Source of the DNA: Monocercomonoides exilis PA203
Lineage: Eukaryota > Protista > Preaxostyla
Direction: 5' to 3'
Assembly (NCBI GenBank): GCA_001643675.2
Contig: LSRY02000005.1
Location: 682,001 to 746,000 of the forward strand
Length of the DNA: 64,000 nucleotides
Within the stretch, counting starts at the first letter, position 1; each line of letters opens with the position of its first letter. The position numbers and the translations under genes are program-made. The notes under the pieces were generated by a model. That model did not search any database, was not told where the DNA came from, and was given only the letters and a program-made list of their open reading frames with translations. Positions 43,842 to 55,500 of this stretch are shown here, one piece after another.

Positions 43842-46800
43842 ATGACAAAGATGACTTTTTATCAAGAACATGATGAATTCCCACAAATCTCCGTAAGTAT
43901 TTCATTTGAATAAAATGAACTTATCTGACCTGATAAGATGATAAGTTTGGGTTGTTTTAAATATTTGATCTCATTTTATGCATTAAGGTCTGGATCAAGT
44001 GCTTTGTTTTGTAATCAAGTATTTTCAAGTTTTTGCAGCATATGCAAGATCCAGACGGGTTCCAAGATGATAACAAGATGTTGAAATCTCCTGGCAACGT
44101 TTCATCTGATGGATTACCCGGTGTGTATTTCATATTTACGTTCGAAAAAATTGATCTGCAATCTGCGAAATAAATCTAAAATAATGAAAATTTGCTGTGA
44201 ATTACATTTTAACATTGTTTCAATAAATCCAATTCCTTGAAAGATATCGGGAATGACTCTTCTATTGCTTTGCGTCATTCTTTCTCTGATCTTTATGATG
44301 TTTATCTTGAACGTATTGATACATCACACGAAAATCCTGGACCAGAAATTATAAAACACTATCCTGATGTTCCGGATCGTGGTTCTTATGTTCCACCTAT
44401 TCCAGCCTTTCAAGAATTGCAGTGCTGGTACATTACAAAAGAAACTGTTTGGAAAATATTTTTCCTTTTCCAATTAATTCGAGAGAAATTTGTGTTTGCG
44501 TATTCGAATGTGAAATGTAATTTTTATTATGAATATGAATTTATTAACAATTAGATGCTTGAACTATATATTGGACGATTTAAAGGTTTTCAATTTGTTG
44601 TTATTGATTGCAGATATCCATTCGAATATGTATGTATTTTCAGCAAAAACGTGTTTTTACTGATTTTTTTGGATGAGCATTTGAGTTTTTTGTTTTCATA
44701 ATTTTTTGAATTGAAAGAATTTTTAGAAACATTTTTTATTTAACGCCCATTGTTTTTTTATGGAAAATAATTTTTTTTTATTTTATTTATTTATTTTATA
44801 ATTATTATTGTTATTATTATTGTTGTTACTTATAGGAAGGAGGGCATCTTCGCAATGCTATCAATATATACGAACCAGATCGTTTATGTGATTTTTTCCT
44901 AAAAAAACCAAGTTCACATGGAGACAAGCTTCTTCTAATATTTCATTGTGAGTTTTCAACATCAAGAGGTTTATACCTATTCATTGAATTTTTGGTGTAC
45001 ATCTGTTGATATATTATTAATATTATTTCAGCACCTTACCTTGCCCAAGAGTTAAGAAATAGCGATCACGAAAAACATCCAGAATATCCGAAAGTGTTTT
45101 ATCCTCATGTTTTTGTTCTTAAAGGTGGATATCGTGGTATTTACGGAAAATATAGTAAATTTAGAGTTTGCCATAGGTCATTATGTTTTTGTTTTGAAAA
45201 TGAATACATATTCTCCCCGACTTAACATTAATTTTGTAAGGATTTTTTTTCTCCAGATGCAAAGTATGTTGTAATGAGGGATAAGAATCATTTACAAGAA
45301 TGCCAAAGGTTAACAAGCGAGAGGAAAAAGAAGAAGAAGATTCGCAGAGGATTAAATCTGAAGAATACGCATTCCTATTCAGGAACATCTGTAGCGTCTT
45401 TGGCAAATCAGGTTTCTTCGCTAACGCTTTCTACCGCTCTAAAGTCAGCAAATACATATTCATCGAATTTGCCTTCAACTGCACAGACATCTTTGATTGG
45501 TAGCTCTCAGTTTACATCACCACTTCCGTCGTCTGCTCCATCGCCATCACCTCCACAACATTCGTTGAAGTCTATTGATCCTTCATCTCTTCGCTCTTCT
45601 TATTCTGCACCGTTGAAGTCTTCGCATTCTCCAACTCCCTGTAAAGAAGGTGAAACAGTTTCTCCGTCTGCCTCGTCAATTAATTCGTTCACGTCTTCCA
45701 ATATACCAACTACTTCATCAGTAACAATCTCGCCCACTGCTTCTGTCGTATCGCGTTTTTCTCTTTCTGTTACATCTCTTGATAGAAAATCGTTGGATTC
45801 CAGTGGATTTAACGTCGATTCTTCAACAACATCGGTGGCAGCCAACTTAATCGATTCGAATGATGATTCGTTTCTATCCAGTGAATCACTCCGATCATTG
45901 CCGCTTCCAGTTGTTACGAGAAGCTACCGTCCATCTTTAACATCGCTTTCTTCGCAGCTTGAAGAGCGTGGCGAGCCTGCTGGAGAAGCTTCAGTCCATG
46001 CGGCTGGTAGAAGCAGCAGCGGCCCTGATGAAAGTGCAGAAGAAAATGGGGAGATGAAGAGAACTGAGGACGCTGAGGGTAATAGCTCTCCACCAAGCAC
46101 GCCAAAGGCACAAATAAAGTCATTTGCATTTATTAAACGTCTTCTTTCAAAGCCTGCAGATGCTGGGGGAAGGCACGGGCAGTCAAGCAGTACAGCCGAT
46201 GATGAGATTGAGCCGCTGCGAAGGGAAGAAATACATTCGTTTGCCGACAGTGTTGCCTCGCCCACGCAATGCAGCACACCCAGAATGTCCATGTCATCCA
46301 GCCAGAGGAATGCATGGAGGTCAAACTCCGGGTGTTATGAAGCCTTTGAGGATGATAATGACGATGTTGATGATGCAGAAATGCTGCGGATGACACAGGA
46401 CATCTGTGCTTCTCCAGTGATGAGGAAAGGGATGCTGTCGCCTACGTCGTCGCCAAGCATGCGATGTGCCTATTCGCCTTTTGGAATGAAGCACTCAGAC
46501 TCATCTTCTGCATTTGGTGCTTCATCATCCAGTCTGTCTCCTTCCTCTCCGCATGCTCGCCTGCTTCCGCCGATGATCCTTCGTACAATCATGGACGATG
46601 ATGACTTGGATATGACTCCGTTGGATGCAGCAAATCTAATGTCGAAAAAGGGATTAAAGAAGCACACGATTGATGATGACGACTTTGCTACTGATTTGGA
46701 AGAAGGAGCAGGGCAGGCATTCCGGCCAATGGAGTCTCTGCTTCCGATATGCCAGACTGAGGATGATGCCTTTCTGATGGGAGAATCGTTCGCTTATGCT

Positions 46801-48015
46801 GCATCGGCTGAACAGAGCACGTATTCTTCCTCGTTTGATTCACCTGTCTCGTCTCCTTCAACTTCTCCTCATCCGCCTTCCAAGACCTTATCTGCCTCAT
46901 CTTCCCACACCGCCACTTCAGCGCAATCACCAGATTCTCATTTATTGCTTGCCTCTCCTCTTCTTCCTCCTTCCTTTTCTTCTTCTTCTTCTTCAATCAA
47001 TCATTTCCAAACTTCACCTATTCCTCCATCGCCAATTGCACATGACATTTCATCTGCAACATCACCATTGCCTCCTGCTGTATCGAATAAGTCTTCGATT
47101 TTAGCTTCCACAGCCGGAGCTTCAATGTCTGCAACCTCAGTTGCATCTCAACCTCATCAAATAACTTCTGCTTCTGCTGCTTATTGCTTACAGAGTGTTC
47201 CTTTGGTATACGAAAATGTACTTCCCGCGGCTTCTTCAGCTTCTATGAGTGTACATTCTGATACTTCAATGTTATCATCATCATCATCGTCATCATCGAT
47301 GTCACAGCCTCTGTCGTCGTCTGCTCATCGCTCTGTCAACACGCCATCGACGCCGATTGCTTCCGGGGCATCGTCCAATTCATCACCACTTCCATCTGTT
47401 TTATCAGCACACTCACCTCACAGCCGGACTATGGCTTCGAATAAGATCCACGTCCGGCGCCTTTCCCAGTCGCAATCGCAGTCACAACCACAGGCTCTGT
47501 CCCAGTCTCAGTCTCAGTCTCAATCTCAATCGCATTCTCATTCTAGTTCTCATTCTCATTCCCATTCCCATTCTCATTCACATTCACGATCACCTTCATT
47601 GACATCACCCCACACGTCGTCAGTGGCTGTCACACCTTCCACCACCCCATCATTTGTGCGGGATGCAACTATCACCCAGTCGTTTTCATTATCTTCATCA
47701 CCGTCTCATTCTCAACATCATTCTCAGTCTCACTCTCCATCACCATCGCATGCATTGTCCTCAAATGCATCTGCTGCTGGCTTTGCTCGCTCGCAGAATC
47801 AAAGTCTACCTTCACTGACAAAACCATTAAGCCACTCCAGCAGCAAGTCATCGTTACTGCGACGTTCCTCGTCCACTTCTTCTTCAAAAGCGGTTTCTTC
47901 TCCAAAGATGACAGCTGTGTTCAGTGCTGCATCTCAGATGTCAGCCACAACAGCTACTGCTGTTGCTGTGGAGAAGAGGGCACCTTCAATGAAAAGGAAC
48001 TCTTTGAGACTGTAA
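43842..48015 (+). CDS. CDC25: Cdc25 (M-phase inducer) phosphatase with a long Ser-rich C-terminal tail, ~1150 aa. Exons 43842-43892, 44039-44120, 44244-44446, 44555-44629, 44836-44968, 45032-45165, 45241-48015 (first two exons uncertain)
   Basis: Spliced motifs VVIDCRYPFEY|EGGHLRNAINI, active site IFHCEFSTSRAP (HCX5R) and YPHVFVLKGGY; spliced in frame to the 913-aa Ser-rich ORF. Confidence 0.88.
47465..47590 (+). repeat. Coding hexanucleotide-like repeat giving (SQ)n then (SH)n
   Basis: tctcag/tctcaa/tctcat/tcccat units within the Cdc25 tail. Confidence 0.8.
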
Positions 48016-48603
48016 AGAGGGGATGGGAGTGAGCGAGGGAGGGGAGTGTGTGGCAATGGCGATGAGGGAATGCGATTGGATTGTGGTATGTTTTGCTGTA
48101 AAAAGATGCTTTCAACTTTTCAAAAAGTTATTGAAGTGGAGTGGAGAGAAGAGAAGAGAAGTGAAGCGATGGTTATGTTAATGGAGCTTTGAAAAAGCAA
48201 TTGATGGAATTCAATTACAATTTTGGCGGTTGTTTGAAAAGGGAAGAGTTTTAGATGGATGTTTCATTATTCTTTGAACAGAATTATTTCAAATAAGATT
48301 TGCTCGGTTTACATGTGTTTTTTTACAATTTTTGCTTTAAGATTTCGCCGCATTGTATGGCGAAAATAGCAAAGTCTGTAAATAGAACTTATCTTTACAT
48401 GAATGAAACATTTTGCAGGAGCAAGTTTATGTTAGTCTTTCTTGCTCCTTCGGAATGAAAAGAAAGAATAAACTGAGCTCATTATCATTGTCTGTAACCT
48501 TCATGGTTGCAGTTATCATCGAGTTTCATGTATTCTTTTATGCTCTTCTTATTCTGCAACTTGTCCACTTTTGAGAACTCCTAAGTTCGTTGTGTATGTT
48601 TGC

Positions 48604-48621
48604 TGTGTGTGTGTGTGTGTG
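48604..48621. repeat. (TG)9 microsatellite
   Basis: Direct read. Confidence 0.9.
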
Positions 48622-49592
48622 TTTTCTTGAACATCAACGAATTTAAAGAAAGGATTGTTCGATTGAAAGCGAAATCCTTTCTTCCGAAGAAATGAGTTGC
48701 ACTATTTATTTTGGATTGTCAAACGAAGTAAAGCCTTTTGTGGATACATCTGAAGCTTCTGATATTTTTGACACACTTTTCTTTAAATGAAAAGCATTTC
48801 TTTTTGATTGAAAGAGTAAAATGATCCAGTGAAATTGACAAGAATATCAACAAATGCGTATGTAAATTGTGGATACAGATTAGCTTTCTTCTTTTTGTTT
48901 TTACATAAATAAAAGTTGATGCCATTTCAAATTTTATATTTATTGACTTTACAGAGTATGATCTGAATGTTATTCAATTTTGTTTTTTGAGCCAATGGGC
49001 TTGTGATAAAGATTTGAAATGTTTTTCAAGTATTGTGAAGCGTGTTGAATACAACTTAACATTTTATCGTTTTTGACAATCTTTAGCGTTTTGTTTATCA
49101 TTTATTTGTGTTGTATTTTATTTTTTCTCCATCTATTTAATTCTATGTTTCACATTTATTTTATAATTTTCTCAAAATACTTATTTACATTTTTTATTTG
49201 ATAGCGCCTTTTAAGTTTATTTTAATCTTTTCTTGAATTATCGTTTCATTTTTCATAAAAGTCTTCAACTTGTCTTTTTTCTGATTAGCATTCAATTCAA
49301 TTTATCCCGTTTGTATTTGGCAAACGGTCAATGATTAATATTTTAATTAAGTTAAAAATTCAAAAAGAACAATTTTTTTTTTTTTTAAATATCGCTTCTG
49401 CTTGAAACTTATAAGCAAAAAAACGAATAGACCACCATAAATTCGACGAACAAATTTTAACAAATATTGCAATATATGTGAAAACGATGAACGCATATGA
49501 TTTGAATTCAACTAAAATTTTATTTAAAAGAAAAGGAAAAATATATTGGGCGCAGGAATTTTTATTTTCAGTTTTTTCTTTCATCTTCTTCC

Positions 49593-52500
49593 ATGGCGAG
49601 GTTCTCCACCAGCGCAAAAGTTGCATTCAATATTGTTGCTCTGATTTTGGTTGTTGTAAATTGCGGCAATGACAGAAGCATTGCTGTTAAACATAATCAA
49701 CAAGAAATGAATTGGGAGATGCCAGTAAGCACGATCAGCGTTGAAAACAACAGTAACAAATACTACAATAAAAAAGGCATAGGTGCAGCAAAAGTCATAT
49801 TTTCATCAGGTGATCGTGTCAGTTGTGCTCGAACAAATGTGAATATCGTCAATGCCTCGTTGTGTGTGAGCGATCTCGTCATGGAACCTCTCAGTGGCTG
49901 CGCATTTCTCACTGCACAACACCACTCATCGTGCACCATTTTCTCCTCCACCTGCCGAATCCACGCAGATGCCAGCCACCCACTTTTCCTCTCTTCCCAC
50001 AGCTCCCTCTTTCTCACAAACTTCTCCTTCACCATCCCTCAACCAGCCATCCTCTCCTTCCCCCTCTTCTCTCTTCCTCAAAATCTCCTCCCAGATGCAC
50101 ACTCTCCAATCCCTGCCTCCTTCTCCATCTTCCATTCCTCTTTCTCCTCTTTCATCTCCCTTCACAATCCCTTCCTTTTTTCTCCTTCTGTATCCTCTTC
50201 TTTTTCCCTTCTTCATCGCCATCTCCAAATCCACCTCGATCTCCACCTCTCTGACACACTCTTCACAAACATCACCACTGCACCACAATCCACACACTCC
50301 ATTCCTGCCAAACACACACACACACACAACTCATTCACCACTACCACAACCACAATCACCACCACAATCACCACAAACACAATCCCCTCCTTCTCCCTTC
50401 ATTCCTCTCTCTCCATCCACTCAACCATCTTCCTCTACACCCACAACCCCATCGATGGTGCCATTCTTCCCAACCTCAACAGCCCATCCACTTCTCTCTC
50501 TGCATTCAACACTTCTTTTCTCCACCAAACACGCTCTTCACCAAATGATCCTGCGAAATATATTGGATCCGAAACTCAAAGAAAGAAATTAAGTAGATTG
50601 CCATTATCTGATTTGAATAGCTATCTCTTTGAATGGTGCGAATGGAATAATTCAAATAGTGGAAGTGCATGGGGAGGTGCACTTTATATTAACTACACAA
50701 ACGCAAATATCGCCATCATATCGTGCTCGTTTAATAAATGCTCTACAACTAATGAAGGAGGAGCATTATTATGTTGGTATTTATTAAATGTCAGCATTAC
50801 TAAATCCAACATAACAAATTGTTCTGCTAATCATGGAGGAGCTGCTAATATCAGATATCCTCAATCATCCTCTGCTTGGACATTCTCTGAAAACAAAGTG
50901 GAAAGCTGTAAAATAACAAGTTGGTGTGGAACTGGCTGGTATTTTGTACTCGATAACATGCCGTCAAATGCTCAATTTCTGTTTTCCAAATGTAAATGTA
51001 TCTCAAATACTGGTGGAAATGCTGCTGGCTCATTAACATTTTTTAATCCTCCTAAAAATAAGCCAAACCAATTTTCAATCAATGATTGTCAGTTTATAAA
51101 TAACATATTAACTGATTCTTCAACGCGTGGAGGCGCCGGAATTTATTTGGATAAAACTTTTTCTTGGATGAATGGAATAAAATTCATCACATTCTGTTTC
51201 TTTGATGGCAACTCTGCAAAAAATGGAAGAGGAAATGATGTATTTTTCAATGGAAGTGATATTACCCAATCTCCATTCGAGAATTGTGGCTCAACAACCC
51301 AATCAAAAAGAGTATGGAAAAATGGAACTGCTTCAAATATCTCTGTCAACAGCTGGTTGCCTTTTATCAGCCAGTACAGAATAGTTGCAAACAGCGGAAG
51401 TGATGTTGATGGTTGTGGGGTACCTCAACAGAATCCATGCTCCACAATCGAGTATGCAATCTACGGCTTATTCTTTTACAAAGAAGCTTCTATCACCCTT
51501 CTCTGCTCCTCTTTTGCTCCAGCTCAAATACTAACCTTCAGCACAGTTGACACTAAAATCACTGGAAATGGCACAACTGCCACCACCATCGCCTCCAGTG
51601 GCATTCCCCAACCATCAAACTCACATTCACAGTCATCACAGTCATCATCATCATATTCATCATATTCATCATATTCATCATTTTCATCATTTTCATCTGC
51701 ATCTTCTTCACCAGATCCATCTGCCTCGTCTGCCCTCTTCCAACAGACCCAGGGCTCCCTCACAGTCTCTGCCCTCGCCATCGCCCACAACTCCACAAAC
51801 CCCATCACCCCCATCCTCTTCCACCTCTCCGGTAACTCCCCTTCCCTCAACCTCAACACAACCACCATCACAGGAACAACCCCATCTTCATCATCAATCA
51901 CAACCACCCTCTTCTTCCTCACTGCAGGCTCCCTCGCCCTCAACCACACAGCAATCACCAGTCTCTCCCTCAACAGCCAAAGCATCTTCTACCTCACCTC
52001 CCTCACAGCTCCACTCACCCTCAACTTCTCCAACATCACCGATATCACCTCCACCGCCACCCCCGCCAGCTGTGTCCTCTCCTCTGCCACCTCCCCTGCC
52101 CTCTCCCTCTCCATCACCAACTGCACCATCACCAACATCAACACGACTCCACAAAACCAACAGACTGCCACAGATGGCGGATGCATCTCATTCGCCTCAT
52201 CTGCTTCTGCCAACTCGTTTTTGGTGAGTAGCACCACCTTCTCCAGCTGCTGTGTGAGTGAGGATACAAGTTCTGGAGGAAGAGGCGGTGCTCTCATGAT
52301 CGAGTTCAAGGATGATTCAGAAGTGTCAGAATCCTCCTTTTCCATCACCAATATGGTGTTTTCAGCCAACAAGGCCAGTGTCGGAAGAGATATGTATTTT
52401 GTGTGTGAATCCCTTGTAGCTTCTGTGAAAGAGCCCTTGTTCACTTTCATGAAAAGCATCACTCAAAAAGACAACTCGGTTGTTGGGCGCGATAGAACGC

Positions 52501-55500
52501 AAATGTTTAGCAATTGGGATGTGGACCTGTTTATATTTTTGGACGGATATACAGCTGATTCTGTATATGTTGATGGAGTAATTGGAATGGAGAAGATGTA
52601 TTGTGGTCTGGAAAATGCTCCATGTTTGAATATGAATTATGGGATGGGGCGTTTGAAGAGAACACAGAATATTAAGCAGGAAATTATTTTATGTGCAAAT
52701 TCTTCTGTTACTGGATATGTGGATGTGAGCGGGATGAGTGTAAAGTCCAAATCCGAGACAATTGTTGGTATCGAATGCAAAAGGGAAGTAAGCGGCTCTG
52801 AACAATGCGTTATGAAATCATTATCGATTACAGAAATTCAGTTCGTTGGGATTGTTGTTCCATCAAGTTTTAACAGAACAATCACATCAGTTGTCGAATC
52901 AAGCACTCAAAATGGGGAGTTGCACATGAAGAACTGTGAGATGAGCGTTATTGGAGGGAAACAAAACACAATTGTATTTTCCTTGATCAAATCAACGGGA
53001 AAAATTGTTGAGCTGGAGTTTGTCACGATTTCAGATGTGAAATCATCTGTCTCGCTGTTTTCATTTTCTCCTTCATCAGGAAATATGAATGAAGGAGAGA
53101 ATGAAGGAGAATACAAAGTGAACCTGTTGAATTGTTCAATGGAAGGATGCAGTTTTGGTGACTCCTCATCTGGTGAATCTCCATTGATAACATCTTCTTC
53201 TGTTTTGTTTGAAAACAGCAACTTTTCAAACATTGAGAACAAAGGCAGCGAAGAAGGAGGCGTTGCAAAAGTGATATTGCAAGGGAATGAAAAACTGGTG
53301 ATCAAATCAACAAATGTGTCATCTTGTTCACTTTCATCGGACAATGGAAAAGGAGGATTCTTGTATCTGGATTCTCAAAATTGTTTGAATGAAAAACCAT
53401 TTCTTTTTGATGTTGACGTAACTTTTGAGAGCAACAAAGCAACCATTGGAAAGAACATGTTCATTTTGGGAAAGGATTTTAATTCTTCTGTGACAAATGA
53501 GACATTTGCCTTCGATTATCCATCAATGAAGGATGATAACAATTTGTTTGTTGGGAGTGATGATTTTCATCAAGAAAAAGATTTGTTCATGTTCCTCGTT
53601 CCATACAGCTCATTTGAGATATTTATTTCATCAGAAGGATTTGATGTGGTGCGTTGTGGAAGTGAAGAAGAGCCTTGCTTCACAATGTGGAAAGGGATGA
53701 AAAACGTAAAAAAGGAGATTGGAAATAAAACAATTCAAATTGAAGGATCAACAATTATTCGAGATTCATTCAATGTGTCCAATTACCAGATAAAAAAAGC
53801 TGTATCAATAGGAGAAGAAGATATGAAAGCTATCTTGAATTTTGAAAAGGCAATTGGAAGTCAACTGGAATATTTCATGGCGAATGAAATTCATCTTGAA
53901 TTGACAAATATCCAACTTCAACTTGCATCGGGATTTGACAACTCAGCCAAAACGATAATTTCAAATACAGCTGGTGAGTTGGTGATGACTGGATGTTCAT
54001 TCCATTCAGAAGCAGGAGTGAACAATGGATTTGATTGTGTATTTGTGGATGTGATTGGAGGAAGTGTGGAAGTGAATGATTTGTCGATGGAATCGTGCAA
54101 TGTTGGAAACAGTATTTTTGTCATTCACGATGCTGGAATAACTTGTCATTTGATGAATGTTCGAGTGGAATCGTTGAATGAAAGTGGAGGATGTATTTTG
54201 TCAATCAAAGGATCTGAATCAGGATTGAAGATAAATGAAGGAAGTGAAGAAGGAATAAATCTTCAAATTGACAAATCATCATTTTCAGGAGTGAAGAGAA
54301 GTGACAATGGAGCAAGCATTTTGGATTCAAAAAGTGAGAAAAAGATTTGTTTGGTTGTGAATGAGAGCAACATCACAGAAGACAAAGCAGAAACAAGTGA
54401 AAAAGGAGGGGCAATATTCTTCACATTGGGTGCATCAGGATCAATGAAGATGATTGAATCGACAATCAGTCATTGCAGCTGCACCAATGGGAAAGGAGGA
54501 GGGGTGTATTTGGTAACAAAGGAAACAGGGTTTCTTAATTTCACATTTGTGGGAATGAAGTTCAGCGCAAACACAGCAAAAGCGGGGAATGACATTTTCA
54601 TTGAATGTTTCAACATCACATCTCAGATCAATGAAAGACAATTTCAGTTTGATCTTCGAGAAGGCAACTTCAATCGATTCAATGCGATATATGGAATTGA
54701 TAATTGTGAACACAAAGAAGATACAGATCTGATTGATTTTGTAGCTATCTATCAGAGTGACACAATTGTTGTGAGCAGTGCGAATGGATCGGATGAGAGG
54801 CAATGTGGAACAAACACTTTTCCATGTGATTCGATTGATTATGGGCTGATGCACTTGACATCAGATTTCATTAGTCAAATGTTCATTGTTGAGGAGAGTG
54901 TGATTGATGGAGAGATAAATCTGGAGGAGATGAGCCTGAGTTCGAAGAGCAGAGGCTTGTGTGAAGTTGAAGTGAAATCAGGGATTGAAAAAACAAGAGA
55001 GTCATTGGTGACAACAACAGGAACAGTTTCATTGCTGAGAATGAACTTTGTATTTAATACAAATTTCACATCCACACATGAATCACTGATGTCACCAGAA
55101 GGAGGGATTCTTGAAATCATGAATTGTTCATTCACCTCAAAACAATCGGAGGATGGAAGAAATGCTGCTTTTGCAAACATACCACTTCATCTAATAAATA
55201 TGGATAAAGGAGAATTACAACTTGATGGATGCTCAATATCAAATCTCATTCTTCAAAAATCTTCAATATATCTATCATCATCACTTCCATCAGTGATTTA
55301 TTTATTTGAGATCAGCAATTCAACAGTTTCTCATTCGCTTGTTGAAATTATTGAATGTGGACAATTAAACATGGAAAAGTTTCATTCAGAAAATATCACA
55401 GTTGAGGGAAATGAAGAATCATTGATATCTTGCTTGTCAATGAAAAAGACAATTCAATTGACAAATTGCACAATTGGTGGAGTCAGTTCAAAGACTACAA

